A stretch of 64,000 bases of DNA from Patescibacteria group bacterium (lineage in GTDB: Bacteria > Patescibacteriota > Microgenomatia > UBA12405): NCBI GenBank assembly GCA_013387215.1, contig WARW01000022.1:169897-233896 (forward strand). The letters are read 5' to 3'. Positions within the stretch are counted from its first letter, which is position 1; each line of letters opens with the position of its first letter. The notes below the pieces were generated by a model. That model was not told the origin of the DNA. It did no database searches and saw nothing but the letters and a program-made list of their open reading frames with translations. The position numbers were made by a program, and so were the translations under genes. Positions 39,579 through 49,860 of this stretch are shown here, piece after piece.

Positions 39579-40400
39579 TTAATAATTATCTTTTTCTAAG
39601 AGAAAATTAATGTGTGAAGCTACAATATTGTGTAAGACAGCGGCTTGTTCGGGAGTGTCCACGTTATGGCTATGATATTTGGGATCGTTTCTATTTTCTA
39701 AAGCATAAGTGGTCCGATCACCTTGAACACTGACAAAATTTAATATTCCCCTGTCATTAAAACCAAGATCTAGTAAATCTAAACCAAATCTACCGGCAAT
39801 ATTGTGAGCGTTATAGATAAATTTTTCCTGATAATAGGAATTAGTTACAGTATCCTGGCTTTCAAAATATTTTTTTGGTACTTTTAATCCGTCTGGTCCA
39901 AAACCACCTCCCATGCTTATTCTATTACCTCCGATATACGCATAGTCATTTTCATTCCAGATACTTTTTAGATACGAGGCACCTATTTCTTGAAAAATAA
40001 AAGCAGCATCAATAGTAGTTAAATTCTCTGCCTCATAGATGCCCTTTTCTTCAAAAGGAAAACTAGCTAAATGCAATTTTGAAATTGTATTTGTTTTGTT
40101 GTTTTTGATTTGAACTTCTTTGAGAACATTGTTTGGATCAAGTTTCAGGCTTTCCAATGAAAAATCCCAATCAGAACAAATTTTGGTGTAAAAATCTGTC
40201 ATTCTTTGAGGACTGATGGCTTTCAAATTATCGAGTTTTAATTCCCATTCTCTGGGTAAATTAAGACCGGTGATTTTAAAATCTTTTCCGGTACCATTGG
40301 CAACGATTTCCACTATTCTAAAATCACTTCCCCAAACATCTTCAGGATTTATTGGTATTTCCTGAGATATTCTGCGATCAAAGCCTGCTTCTTTATTCAT
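39579..40400 (-). CDS. Hypothetical protein
   Basis: 273 aa ORF, co-directional and 18 nt upstream of the 38626 gene; starts a transcription unit after the rpsI terminator. Confidence 0.4.
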   Translation of the reverse strand: MNKEAGFDRRISQEIPINPEDVWGSDFRIVEIVANGTGKDFKITGLNLPREWELKLDNLKAISPQRMTDFYTKICSDWDFSLESLKLDPNNVLKEVQIKNNKTNTISKLHLASFPFEEKGIYEAENLTTIDAAFIFQEIGASYLKSIWNENDYAYIGGNRISMGGGFGPDGLKVPKKYFESQDTVTNSYYQEKFIYNAHNIAGRFGLDLLDLGFNDRGILNFVSVQGDRTTYALENRNDPKYHSHNVDTPEQAAVLHNIVASHINFLLEKDNY

Positions 40401-40456
40401 GGTGAAGATTAACCTATTGTTAGAACAATCTCAACCGATTGGATTGCGTCGTATAA

Positions 40457-40485
40457 CCAAAAAGCCCCGCACGGATGCGGGGCTT
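40457..40485 (-). terminator. Intrinsic terminator ending the ribosomal operon (AAGCCCCGCA-UCCG-UGCGGGGCUU plus U-tract)
   Basis: 10-bp GC-rich stem plus UUUUUGG on the minus strand, 18 nt after the rpsI stop. Confidence 0.8.
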
Positions 40486-40502
40486 GTGAATACAAAAGTG
40501 TA

Positions 40503-40922
40503 TTAACGCTTTGGAGATTGCTTTTGGCGTCTAGCTTTACCGCCAGTACCAACCATTCTTCTTTCTCTAACGCGTGAATCAACAGTTAATAAACCAACTT
40601 CGTGTAAAGCAGGTTTGAAAACTTCATTGATGGCTTTGAGAGCGCGAGCTAATGCGAGCATTAAAGCTTCGACTTGACCTTGTTTGCCACCACCAGTAAC
40701 TTTAGCTTCAAAATGATATTTGCCTAAAGTTTGGGTAACTGCGAAAGGTTTATCGTAGTTAATTTTATCAGTAGCACCTGGGAAGTATTTATCGATAGCA
40801 ATTTTATTGACTAAAGTTTCACCTTTTCCAGAGAATAGCTTGACTGTAGCAACGGCAGATTTTCGTCGGCCGACTGCGTAAGTGTAAGTATTTTTAGTTG
40901 TTTTAGTTGTTTTTGCTGCCAT
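40503..40922 (-). CDS. rpsI: 30S ribosomal protein S9
   Basis: C-terminal GGKARRQKQSPKR. Confidence 0.9.
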   Translation of the reverse strand: MAAKTTKTTKNTYTYAVGRRKSAVATVKLFSGKGETLVNKIAIDKYFPGATDKINYDKPFAVTQTLGKYHFEAKVTGGGKQGQVEALMLALARALKAINEVFKPALHEVGLLTVDSRVRERRMVGTGGKARRQKQSPKR

Positions 40923-40927
40923 AGTCT

Positions 40928-41350
40928 TTATTTTGCTAATTTGTCAGCGTAAATGTGTTCAGCGCCAACAAAAACTTTTAATCGGGTCATTCTGACATCA
41001 CGGAGTTTATTTTTAGGAAGCATTCCTAAAACACCATGTTCAATAACTAAGCGTGGATCCTTTTTAAGTAATTCAGCTAAAGTTAATTCTTTTAAATGAC
41101 CAGCCCATGGAGTGTGATGGTAATAAACTTTTTGTTTGGTTTTATTACCAGTAGCAACGATTTCAGAGGCATTTATGGCAACAACATAGTCACCATCATC
41201 ACGATGATAAGAAAATGTTGGTTTATCTTTACCCATCAATAGTTTAGCTATTTCGGTACATGCACGACCAATTGATTTACCTTTAAGATCGATTAAGACC
41301 CAATTTCTTTCAACTGCGGCACCTTTTAATACGGTAGTTTTTGCGTTCAT
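40928..41350 (-). CDS. rplM: 50S ribosomal protein L13
   Basis: N-terminal WVLIDLKGKSIGR; L13 family. Confidence 0.9.
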   Translation of the reverse strand: MNAKTTVLKGAAVERNWVLIDLKGKSIGRACTEIAKLLMGKDKPTFSYHRDDGDYVVAINASEIVATGNKTKQKVYYHHTPWAGHLKELTLAELLKKDPRLVIEHGVLGMLPKNKLRDVRMTRLKVFVGAEHIYADKLAK

Positions 41351-41832
41351 TATTTTGTCTCCTTTACAGCTTTAACTTTCTTGACGGTTTTAACTGCTTT
41401 TTTAGCGACAGTTTTCTTTGCTTTAGGTTCAACTTTTTCAACTGCAACTTCTTCTTTTTTAACAGAGAATTTGACTGGTTTAACAAAGCTTAACTTAACA
41501 ACTAAAGCATTATCACCATAGCGATATTTAATTTTAGTTACTTTAGTAAAGTTTGATTTTTGATCACCAAAAGTAGATTTGAATGTAGTGACAACATTAT
41601 TGACCCAAGTTTGATCTTGGAGATGTCTAAACATTTCGCGTCGAGCTGTTAATTCTGGCTTACTGACGATGGTTGAAGCTAATCTTTCCACTAATGGAAT
41701 GACTGCTTTTGCCTTTGCATCGGTAGTTTCGATTGAACCATGAGTGAACATGGATCGAGTCAAAGAACGGAACAAAGCTTGTCGTTCGTTGTGGTTTCTA
41801 CCTAATTTTTTTCCAAAAATACGATGTTTCAT
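41350..41832 (-). CDS. rplQ: 50S ribosomal protein L17 (with Lys/Ala-rich C-terminal extension)
   Basis: MKHRIFGKKLGRNHNERQALFRSL. Confidence 0.9.
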   Translation of the reverse strand: MKHRIFGKKLGRNHNERQALFRSLTRSMFTHGSIETTDAKAKAVIPLVERLASTIVSKPELTARREMFRHLQDQTWVNNVVTTFKSTFGDQKSNFTKVTKIKYRYGDNALVVKLSFVKPVKFSVKKEEVAVEKVEPKAKKTVAKKAVKTVKKVKAVKETK

Positions 41833-41835
41833 AAT

Positions 41836-42753
41836 TTATTTCCAGGTAAAACCCCGTTCCTTTAACCAAGAGTCAATGATTTTTAATGATTTTTCACCAA
41901 CGTTTTTTGCTTTGCTAACATCGAGTCGGCCAGCTTTTAATAAAGCTTCAATGGTTGGATAACCAGCTTTTTTAAGAGCGTTAGTGACGCGAAGTGGTAA
42001 TTCAATTTCTTCTACAGAAATGTCAGAACCAGAATTTGATGGAGTTGAAGAAATAGTGATGACTTCATCTTCAAATTCTTTTGGATCAGCAATTTGGCTG
42101 TAAGAATTGATTAAATCGTTAGCAGCTAACTTAAGAGCATATAATGGATCAACTGAACCATCAGTCCAGATTTCCATGGTTAATTTGTCGTAGTTAGATT
42201 TTTTACCTAAACGAGTAGGTTCAACAGCGTAGTTAGTTTTGATAACTGGAGTGAAAGCGGCATCAAGGATGATTTCGCCAACAACATCAGTTTTTTGTTC
42301 TTTTGCTAAAGTGTATCCAACTCCTCTTTCAACGGTAAGATCCATTTTAAGAGTAGACTTGCTGTCTGCTAAAGTAGCAATGACTTGATCTGGGTTGGTA
42401 ACTTTACAAAGATCATTGTCGGTAATATCACCAGCGGTGACAACACCTGGACCTTTCTTTTCGAGGTGAAGCGTAATAGGTTCATCTTTGCTGTAGGCAA
42501 ATTTGATTTTTTTAAGATTCAAAGAAACTTCAACTAAATCTTCTTTAACACCTGGAAGAGTTGTAAAAAGATGGTTTGCACCATCGATTTTGATGCGAGT
42601 AATAGCAGCACCAGGAATAGTAATGAGAAGAACTCGTCGTAAACTATTTCCTAAGGTGTGGCCTAAACCGCCAAAAAGAGGACTAAGTTCGAACTTACCG
42701 TAGTTTTCGGAAGTCTTGACTGCTTTGATATTGAATTTGCTTGTATCAATCAT
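41836..42753 (-). CDS. rpoA: DNA-directed RNA polymerase subunit alpha
   Basis: NTD GHTLGNSLRRVLL; C-terminal domain; position between rpsD and rplQ. Confidence 0.9.
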   Translation of the reverse strand: MIDTSKFNIKAVKTSENYGKFELSPLFGGLGHTLGNSLRRVLLITIPGAAITRIKIDGANHLFTTLPGVKEDLVEVSLNLKKIKFAYSKDEPITLHLEKKGPGVVTAGDITDNDLCKVTNPDQVIATLADSKSTLKMDLTVERGVGYTLAKEQKTDVVGEIILDAAFTPVIKTNYAVEPTRLGKKSNYDKLTMEIWTDGSVDPLYALKLAANDLINSYSQIADPKEFEDEVITISSTPSNSGSDISVEEIELPLRVTNALKKAGYPTIEALLKAGRLDVSKAKNVGEKSLKIIDSWLKERGFTWK

Positions 42754-42770
42754 ATGGTCTCCTTTAATTT

Positions 42771-43403
42771 TTATCTAGAATAATATTCAACAATTAAATT
42801 CACATCGATACCATTGGTTAATTCTTCACAAAGAGGCAAAGAAGTAACTTTGGCAGAGTGATCTTTTTTAATTACATCCAACCAACTTGGAGCTTTGAAG
42901 TCTGCATCTTTAATTGGCAAAATGTCTTGAAATTTTTCAATGATCTTTGGAGATAAAGCGATGGTATCACCGACTTTAAGTTCAGAAGATGCAATGTTTA
43001 ATGTTTTTCCGTTAACTAATACATGTCCATGACTAATTAATTGTTTTGCACTACTTCGAGAAAGAGAAAGACCAGATTTGTATATAGCATTATCAAGTCT
43101 TCTTTCCAATAAAACCATTAAGTTGTCACCAACAAGACCTTTAAGTCTTTTAGCTTTATCAAAATAGTTTCTGAATTGGGTTTCTTGAATTCCGTAAATT
43201 CTTTTAGCTTTTTGCTTAGCTCTGAGCTGAATACCGTAATCGGTAGGCTTGGAATTGGTTTTAACACCGTGCATACCAGGAGCAACTGCACCTTTCTTTT
43301 CTAAAGGACATTTAGCTGATAAACAACGATCACCTTTAAGGTAAAGTTTTGTGCCTTCTCTTCGACAGAGTCTGCATTTTGCGTCTAATGTAATTCTGGA
43401 CAT
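42771..43403 (-). CDS. rpsD: 30S ribosomal protein S4
   Basis: Cys4 N-terminus CRLCRREG...C; S4 domain. Confidence 0.9.
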   Translation of the reverse strand: MSRITLDAKCRLCRREGTKLYLKGDRCLSAKCPLEKKGAVAPGMHGVKTNSKPTDYGIQLRAKQKAKRIYGIQETQFRNYFDKAKRLKGLVGDNLMVLLERRLDNAIYKSGLSLSRSSAKQLISHGHVLVNGKTLNIASSELKVGDTIALSPKIIEKFQDILPIKDADFKAPSWLDVIKKDHSAKVTSLPLCEELTNGIDVNLIVEYYSR

Positions 43404-43434
43404 AAATTAGTTTAAAAAGTTATTAAAGGATAAA

Positions 43435-43854
43435 TTAAACACGGCGTTGTTTTGGAGGTCGTGGACCATTGTGTGGAATGGGAGTGACATCAGAGATCAT
43501 ATCGATATCGAAATCTCTCTTGGTCCGGAGGTAACGCAAAGCTGCATCACGACCAGCACCAGGACCTTTCAAATAAACTGCTAATTTTTTAACACCGTAT
43601 TTTTTAGCTTCTTCAAGGGTTTTTTCAATTGCAGTAGTAGCGGCAAATGGAGTTGATTTTCTTGCACCCTTAAATCCACAATGACCTGCACTTGACCAAG
43701 CCAAGCTTCGACCTTTAGTGTCGGTTACTGTAACAATAGTGTTATTAAAAGAAGATTGAATATATAATCTGCCTTCAGCAACGTTTTTGTAGGTTTTTTT
43801 CTTAGCTACAGTTTTGTTAGCGGTAGTAGTTGATGTAGTAGTTTTTTCTGCCAT
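43435..43854 (-). CDS. rpsK: 30S ribosomal protein S11
   Basis: S11 family; C-terminal PHNGPRPPKQRRV. Confidence 0.9.
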   Translation of the reverse strand: MAEKTTTSTTTANKTVAKKKTYKNVAEGRLYIQSSFNNTIVTVTDTKGRSLAWSSAGHCGFKGARKSTPFAATTAIEKTLEEAKKYGVKKLAVYLKGPGAGRDAALRYLRTKRDFDIDMISDVTPIPHNGPRPPKQRRV

Positions 43855-43868
43855 ATTATTTTAAATGT

Positions 43869-44288
43869 TTATTTTGAAGAACCGCCAGATGCAGCTTTTT
43901 GTTGAGCTTCGATTTTTGCCCAAGCTTCCTTGGTTAACGAACCGACTGTCTTCTTCTTACCTTTTCGGGTACGAGAGTTGGTTTTAGTGCGTTGACCATG
44001 AACTGGTAAACTAACGATATGACGAATTCCTCGGTATGTTCGGATAGCTTTTAACCGATCAATGTTTTCACGAATTTCTTTTTTAAGATCACCTTCGATT
44101 TTAAAAGTTTCGAGGGCTTTCATTAAGTTGGCAACATCATCACGAGTAAGATCTTTGATACGAGTATCTAAATTTATACCGGCTGCTTTAGCCAAAGTTT
44201 TAACATTAGTTTTTCCGATACCAAAAAAACGAGTTAAGCCGATTTGGGCTCTTTCGTTATCTGGAATTTCAACACCGACAATTCTCAT
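43869..44288 (-). CDS. rpsM: 30S ribosomal protein S13
   Basis: Start trimmed to ATG (MRIVGVEIP); the ORF-track start is an upstream TTG that overlaps rpmJ. Confidence 0.85.
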   Translation of the reverse strand: MRIVGVEIPDNERAQIGLTRFFGIGKTNVKTLAKAAGINLDTRIKDLTRDDVANLMKALETFKIEGDLKKEIRENIDRLKAIRTYRGIRHIVSLPVHGQRTKTNSRTRKGKKKTVGSLTKEAWAKIEAQQKAASGGSSK

Positions 44289-44296
44289 ATTAATAG

Positions 44297-44410
44297 TTAA
44301 CCCTGTTTCTGGGTATGCTTTTTTGTAGAACAAATAATACGTCGTGCTCCTCTTCGGATCACAATTTTACAATTTTTACAGCGACGTTTGATACTAGATT
44401 TGACTTTCAT
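44297..44410 (-). CDS. rpmJ: 50S ribosomal protein L36 (zinc form)
   Basis: Not in ORF track; MKVKSSIKRRCKNCKIVIRRGARRIICSTKKHTQKQG with C-x2-C-x12-C-x4-H. Confidence 0.85.
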   Translation of the reverse strand: MKVKSSIKRRCKNCKIVIRRGARRIICSTKKHTQKQG

Positions 44411-44466
44411 AGGAACTTGGATATTGTAACCTAAAAAGATCACAATATCAAAGACTAAATTTAAAT

Positions 44467-44673
44467 TTATATGCGATAGACGATCCGGCCCTTTTCACCT
44501 TCTGGACTTAAGACCATTGAAACAAAATCACCAGCCATAACCCGGATATGGTTCATTCTGAGTTTTCCGGCTAAATGAGCAATGATTTCGTTACCGTTTT
44601 CGAGTTTAACGCGAAATAGTGCATTAGGCAATACCTCTGTTACTTGTCCTTTGACTGTTGGTTCTTTTGGCAT
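44467..44673 (-). CDS. infA: Translation initiation factor IF-1
   Basis: 68 aa S1-like OB; [14 protein letters not shown]. Confidence 0.9.
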   Translation of the reverse strand: MPKEPTVKGQVTEVLPNALFRVKLENGNEIIAHLAGKLRMNHIRVMAGDFVSMVLSPEGEKGRIVYRI

Positions 44674-44679
44674 AATTGG

Positions 44680-45264
44680 TTATTTACTAATTTTATCAAT
44701 AATTTGGCAAATGTCACCAATAATAGGCTCAACAGGACGATTACCATCCACCTTGATTAATCTTTCGGATCGAGAAAAATAATCTAAGATTGGATTAATG
44801 GTATCGTCATATGATTTTTGACGTTGAGCAATAGCTTCAGGAGTGTTATCGGTACGAGCGGCATCTTGGAATGTTTGGCCAAGTCTTTGCCGACGAGCCA
44901 TGATTTCCTCAAAGGTGACATCTAAAAATATTAAGGCAGACATAGGTTTGTTGTTTGATTTCAAATAGGCTTCGATTTCTTCACCTTGAATTAACATTCG
45001 AGGGAATCCATCGACAATGAAGTTTTCATTGTTAACTTTTTGAAGATTATCCTTAAGAATGGCGATAACGAGATCATCTGGAGCCCAGATGCCTTGATCG
45101 ACATAAGATTGAGCTTTGAGGCCAAGTTCTGATTTGGCAGCCATTTCATCTCTTAATAATTGACCCATGGAAAAATGTTTTAAGTTGTATTTTTCAGCAA
45201 TAAGCTTGGCTTGAGTGCTTTTGCCGCAACCTGATGGACCGATGATGAATAAGTTTAATGACAT
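44680..45264 (-). CDS. adk: Adenylate kinase (short LID form)
   Basis: P-loop GPSGCGKST. Confidence 0.9.
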   Translation of the reverse strand: MSLNLFIIGPSGCGKSTQAKLIAEKYNLKHFSMGQLLRDEMAAKSELGLKAQSYVDQGIWAPDDLVIAILKDNLQKVNNENFIVDGFPRMLIQGEEIEAYLKSNNKPMSALIFLDVTFEEIMARRQRLGQTFQDAARTDNTPEAIAQRQKSYDDTINPILDYFSRSERLIKVDGNRPVEPIIGDICQIIDKISK

Positions 45265-45279
45265 TTTATTTTTTGGTAA

Positions 45280-46560
45280 TTAATAAGAAATTTTTTCGTA
45301 ATTATACATTTGGACTACATTCTCAAGCCGACGAGTCAATTCAATGACCACTGAGACAACGATAAGAACACTGGTACCACCAATAGTTAAAGTGGTAATT
45401 CCGGTAATTTTTTGGACCACTGATGGAGCCACAGCAATAAAACCTAGGAAGACAGCTCCAATTATAATGACACGATTAATTAAAAATTGAAGTCTTTTTT
45501 CTGTAGCAATACCAGGTCTGATGCCAGGCATAAATCCACCGGATTTTCTTAATTCATCGGCAATATCTTTGGGTTTGAAAATAACTGAGGTGTAGAAAAA
45601 GGTAAAGCCAATAACTAAAAAGAAGTAGAAAACCATGTAGACATATGAGCCAGTTTTAAAGAAATCAGCCAAAGCTAGGGCAAAACTAGAAATTAAATGA
45701 TTGGGAACTTTCCCGAGGAACTGTCCAATAAGAGATGGTGCAGTGGCTAAGGATACGGCAAAGATAATAGGCATGACTCCGGCAGTATTTACTTTAATAG
45801 GCAAATAAGTGACTTGAGCCCGTTTAGCATAGTGAATAGGAATTCTTAAAACTGCTTCCTCAACCATAACGATACCAATAACCAAAGCGACGGCTAAAAG
45901 TGCAAAAATAAGCATATTTAAGCCAGTCTGAGGGTTATTGAAATCAGAAATACTGAGGGTCTTGAGGAAACCAGTTGGAAGTCTTGAGACGATACCGGCA
46001 AAGATCAACATAGAAATTCCATTGCCAACACCAAAAGTATTGATGAGTTCACCAAGGAAAATCATGATCATGGTGCCAGCAACCATACTGACAATCATGG
46101 CTACTATAGTAATAGGAGTAAAGGTGGTGATGATATTTTGAGATTTCAAAATAGCAAACATACCCAAAGCATTGACGATAGCAAACGGAATTGTGGCAAT
46201 ACGGGTGTACTGATTAATTTTAGCCCGGCCATATTCCCCTTCTTTTTGGAGTTCTTCAATTTGAGGGAAAACAAGACCGAGAAGCTGCATCATAACCGAA
46301 GCATTGATATAGGGATTTAAACCTAGAGCAGCAATCGAGAAATTAGCAAGAGTACCACCGGAAAAAATGTCCAATAATGATAAAAGTTGATTTTGTGAAA
46401 AAAATCTTTGGAGAAGAGCTAAATTGACACCTGGAACTGGAACGTGAGCTATAAATCTAAAGAGGATTAAAATCCCCAAAGTGATTAGTAATTTTTTCCT
46501 AAATATTGGAGTTTTTATTCCTTCAATATAAAGAGACAGGGCCTTAGTTAGCTGGTTCAT
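45280..46560 (-). CDS. secY: Preprotein translocase SecY
   Basis: 10 TM; position between rplO and adk. Confidence 0.9.
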   Translation of the reverse strand: MNQLTKALSLYIEGIKTPIFRKKLLITLGILILFRFIAHVPVPGVNLALLQRFFSQNQLLSLLDIFSGGTLANFSIAALGLNPYINASVMMQLLGLVFPQIEELQKEGEYGRAKINQYTRIATIPFAIVNALGMFAILKSQNIITTFTPITIVAMIVSMVAGTMIMIFLGELINTFGVGNGISMLIFAGIVSRLPTGFLKTLSISDFNNPQTGLNMLIFALLAVALVIGIVMVEEAVLRIPIHYAKRAQVTYLPIKVNTAGVMPIIFAVSLATAPSLIGQFLGKVPNHLISSFALALADFFKTGSYVYMVFYFFLVIGFTFFYTSVIFKPKDIADELRKSGGFMPGIRPGIATEKRLQFLINRVIIIGAVFLGFIAVAPSVVQKITGITTLTIGGTSVLIVVSVVIELTRRLENVVQMYNYEKISY

Positions 46561-47009
46561 TATTCTATATTACCACCCAATGCGATTATTTTTTTACTTG
46601 CACTTTCAGATACTAAAATTCCCTTAATAGTAAGTTTTTTTGTTAGCTTACCATCAGCAAGAATTTTAATTCTGCCATTAAGATCTTTTATAGATAATTT
46701 AGCTTTTTTAGTTAAAGTGTTTAAATCGACAGTTTCGCCAGCTTTAAACCATTTTTCGAGTTGACCAAGATTTACAGAAGCGAATTCGCATCTTTTATTG
46801 GTTCGATTTTTACCTCTCATAAAAGGAAGTCTTTTGATCCAGGATTTCTTGATTTTTGTTCCGTCAAAAGTTAATTTGGTTTTACCTCTGACTTTGTCAC
46901 CTTTAGCACCACGGCCAGTTGTGTGACCACCATTACCAGAACCGATTCCTCGGCCGACTCTTCTTTTTTGTTTAGTAGTAGTTTTTTCTAATTGATGTAG
47001 GATTTCCAT
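46560..47009 (-). CDS. rplO: 50S ribosomal protein L15
   Basis: Gly/Arg-rich N-terminus [19 protein letters not shown]. Confidence 0.9.
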   Translation of the reverse strand: MEILHQLEKTTTKQKRRVGRGIGSGNGGHTTGRGAKGDKVRGKTKLTFDGTKIKKSWIKRLPFMRGKNRTNKRCEFASVNLGQLEKWFKAGETVDLNTLTKKAKLSIKDLNGRIKILADGKLTKKLTIKGILVSESASKKIIALGGNIE

Positions 47010-47010
47010 A

Positions 47011-47490
47011 TTATTTCTTCAACATTGAAAGAGCTTTAAGTGTAGCCCAGACGTTTATTGATTTATTCTTAGAACCAATAATTTTTGATACGACATCTTT
47101 GATACCTGCTAATTCAACAACAGATCGGACAGGACCGCCGGCAATGAGACCGCTTCCCTGTTTACCTGGACGAATTAAAACGATAGCACCTTTAAATTTA
47201 AGTTGGAGTGAACCAGGAATAGTGCCATTAATAATTGGAACATTAATCATGGATTTTTGTGCTTTTTTGATACCTTTTTGGATAGCTTCAGCAACACTTT
47301 TTGCTTTACCAAGACCGACACCGACTCGAGATTTCTTGTCTCCAGAGACAACTAATGCAGTAAAGTGGATTTGGTTTCCACCTTTAGTTTTTTTAGATAC
47401 TCTTTTGATTTGAACTACTTTATCAGAAAATTCACTGACTGGTTTTTCTGGTCTTTCGAATCTTTTATTTTGTTGATTATTTGGTGCCAT
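47011..47490 (-). CDS. rpsE: 30S ribosomal protein S5
   Basis: S5 dsRBD and C-terminal domains; abuts rplO with a 1-nt gap (no L30 gene). Confidence 0.9.
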   Translation of the reverse strand: MAPNNQQNKRFERPEKPVSEFSDKVVQIKRVSKKTKGGNQIHFTALVVSGDKKSRVGVGLGKAKSVAEAIQKGIKKAQKSMINVPIINGTIPGSLQLKFKGAIVLIRPGKQGSGLIAGGPVRSVVELAGIKDVVSKIIGSKNKSINVWATLKALSMLKK

Positions 47491-47493
47491 ATT

Positions 47494-47838
47494 TTAAAAA
47501 TTTAAACCTTTAGATCGAGCACCTTCAGCAAGGGCCTTAACTCGACCATGATAGCGGTAAGCGCCACGGTCAAATCTAATATTTTTAATTTTCTTTTCTT
47601 GAGCTAAGCTAGCGATAGCTTCACCAACAGCGAAGGCTTTTTCAACTTTGGTACCTTTTAATTTTTCAACGCTTTTTGTGGAGGCTGAAACTAAAGTTCG
47701 GCCGTGTTTATCGTCGACTATTTGGGCCCAAATATGTTGGTTGCTTCGGAAAACAGAAAGACGAGGAATACCCAAATTAAGGGCTAATTTGCCTCTGACT
47801 CTTTTTGCTCTTCTAAGTTTTGCGTTATGTGTAATCAT
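47494..47838 (-). CDS. rplR: 50S ribosomal protein L18
   Basis: L18/L5e family. Confidence 0.9.
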   Translation of the reverse strand: MITHNAKLRRAKRVRGKLALNLGIPRLSVFRSNQHIWAQIVDDKHGRTLVSASTKSVEKLKGTKVEKAFAVGEAIASLAQEKKIKNIRFDRGAYRYHGRVKALAEGARSKGLNF

Positions 47839-47846
47839 GGTTTTAA

Positions 47847-48386
47847 TTAGGCTTTAGCTTTTTTACCAGCCTTAAGTTTTATAAATTCGTCAATATATCG
47901 AATACCTTTACCCTTGTAAGGTTCAGGTGGTTTGACTTTGCGAATATTACTAGCTACTTGGCCAACCATAGTTCGGTCAGCACCAGAAACAGTAATTTTT
48001 GTATCGTCTGCAACTTGGAATTGTACTCCAGTTGGAGCAACAATATCAACTGGGTGAATAAATCCGACATTTAATCTGATTTTATTACCATTGAGTTGAA
48101 CTTTATAACCAGTTCCTCGGACTTCCAATTCTTTTTTCCAATTGGTTTGAACACCAAGGATCATATTATTAATATGAGCACGAGTTGTGCCATGGTTAGC
48201 TCGGGTTTTTTTGTCTTCGCCAAGGCGAGTAACAACAACTTGACCATCGATTATTTCAACTTTAATTCGAGGGGCAACAATTAAGTCGATATTACCTTTT
48301 GGACCAGTAACATTAACTTTGTTGTCATTGATAGTGACAGTGACTCCGGCAGGGATAGTGATTGGTTGTTTACCTATTCTGGACAT
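47847..48386 (-). CDS. rplF: 50S ribosomal protein L6
   Basis: MSRIGKQPITIPAGV. Confidence 0.9.
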   Translation of the reverse strand: MSRIGKQPITIPAGVTVTINDNKVNVTGPKGNIDLIVAPRIKVEIIDGQVVVTRLGEDKKTRANHGTTRAHINNMILGVQTNWKKELEVRGTGYKVQLNGNKIRLNVGFIHPVDIVAPTGVQFQVADDTKITVSGADRTMVGQVASNIRKVKPPEPYKGKGIRYIDEFIKLKAGKKAKA

Positions 48387-48391
48387 AGTCG

Positions 48392-48781
48392 TTAATAAAT
48401 TTCTGCGATAACTTCTCCGCCTAAACCTTTGGTTTTAGCCTCTTTTTGAGACATAACACCACTGGAGGTGGAGATAATAATTAATGATTTAGGAGTTTTG
48501 CCCCAAGGTAAGGAAGAAGATTTTTCATAAAGTCTTCGGCCAGGCTTGGAGAAAAGTTGGACATCAGAAACTTTTGGCTCACTATTTTCGTAAGCGAGTT
48601 TAAGAGTCATAACTTTTTTGACATCACCTTCAATAGAAAAATCAGTAATGAAGCTGTATCTTTTCAATAATTCAGCCATGCTGACAGTGAAGTTGGAAAC
48701 AGGAGCATCAATGGTTTTTCTACCTGCTCGGTAGCCATTTTTAATTCTAATTAAGAAATCAGTTGAGATTGATTGCATCAT
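48392..48781 (-). CDS. rpsH: 30S ribosomal protein S8
   Basis: S8 family. Confidence 0.9.
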   Translation of the reverse strand: MMQSISTDFLIRIKNGYRAGRKTIDAPVSNFTVSMAELLKRYSFITDFSIEGDVKKVMTLKLAYENSEPKVSDVQLFSKPGRRLYEKSSSLPWGKTPKSLIIISTSSGVMSQKEAKTKGLGGEVIAEIY

Positions 48782-48793
48782 ATATTTTTAAAT

Positions 48794-48979
48794 TTACCAG
48801 CTGGCTTTTCTTACACCAGGAAGCATCCCTTGATGTGCCAATTTGCGGAAGCAAAGACGGCAAACGCCAAATAAACGAATAAATCCACGAGGACGACCAC
48901 AGATATGACAACGATTATGATGTCGTACGCTAAATTTTAGTTTTTTATCTTCTCTGACAATTTTTGCTGTAGTAGCCAT
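48794..48979 (-). CDS. rpsN: 30S ribosomal protein S14 type Z (zinc)
   Basis: 61 aa, CHICGR...CRLCFR. Confidence 0.9.
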   Translation of the reverse strand: MATTAKIVREDKKLKFSVRHHNRCHICGRPRGFIRLFGVCRLCFRKLAHQGMLPGVRKASW

Positions 48980-48981
48980 AG

Positions 48982-49530
48982 TTAGTTATTTTCCTTTTTT
49001 TCAAATGGAAGACCTAGGGTCGATAGTAACATTTTTGAATCTTCTTTTGAAGAGGCAGTTATACCTAATGTTACCTGAATAGATCTAATATGATTTATTT
49101 TATCAAGATTGATCTCTGGGAAATAGGTTTGATCTTTAATAGTAAAGTTATAATTACCTTCAGAATCAAAAGCATTTAATGGAAGACCTTTAAAGTCACG
49201 CAAACGAGGTAAAACTATATTGAATAGCTTTTCAACGAAATCGTACATTCTGGCACCTCTTAAAGTAACTTTAAGAGCTAATGGATCACCTTGTCTGACT
49301 TTGAATGAAGAAACTGCTTTTTTAGCGCGGCAAAGTTTTGGTTTTTGACCGGTAATAGCAACGATTTCATTGGTAGCAGCTGCGAGTGATTCTTGACTTT
49401 CACGAGCATCGTTAACGCGGTAATTGATAACCACTTTATCAAGGCGTGGCAAAGAGAAAACGTTTCTTTTGGAACCGAGTTCTTTGGTCAAGGTTTCTTT
49501 AACAGTGGTATTAATAATATTTTTTAACAT
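48982..49530 (-). CDS. rplE: 50S ribosomal protein L5
   Basis: L5 family. Confidence 0.9.
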   Translation of the reverse strand: MLKNIINTTVKETLTKELGSKRNVFSLPRLDKVVINYRVNDARESQESLAAATNEIVAITGQKPKLCRAKKAVSSFKVRQGDPLALKVTLRGARMYDFVEKLFNIVLPRLRDFKGLPLNAFDSEGNYNFTIKDQTYFPEINLDKINHIRSIQVTLGITASSKEDSKMLLSTLGLPFEKKENN

Positions 49531-49532
49531 AA

Positions 49533-49859
49533 TTATTTTTTAATCGTGGTGTTTGGAATGAGAGCTTCGCATTTTTTGCAAAATCTGTATTTTTCACCGG
49601 ATTTATCAATTTTATAACCAACACGAGTTGCTTTTTTACATTCTGGGCAAATTAAGGCAACTTTTGAAACTAAAAGGGCTCTTTCTTTTTCAATAATACC
49701 GCCTTTTTGACCTTGAGATGGCTTAACGTGTTTTTTAAAGATATTTAAATCTTTGACAACGATTTTACCTTTTTTTGGCATAGTCATTAAGACTTCACCA
49801 TCACGGTTTTTATCTTTGCCGATAAGTACTTTAACTTTATCACCTTTAAGTATTTTCAT
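49533..49859 (-). CDS. rplX: 50S ribosomal protein L24 with Cys4 C-terminal zinc-ribbon-like tail
   Basis: KOW N-terminus; C-terminal CPECKK...CKKCE. Confidence 0.85.
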   Translation of the reverse strand: MKILKGDKVKVLIGKDKNRDGEVLMTMPKKGKIVVKDLNIFKKHVKPSQGQKGGIIEKERALLVSKVALICPECKKATRVGYKIDKSGEKYRFCKKCEALIPNTTIKK

Positions 49860-49860
49860 A

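Noticed and set aside
43869-44333. Extended N-termini in the ORF track for rpsM (TTG), rplD, rpsC, fusA and hsp20
   Set aside because: The upstream extensions overlap neighbouring genes (rpmJ, rplC, rplV) or lack an RBS. Internal ATGs preceded by GGAG-type RBS match the conserved N-termini of these families.
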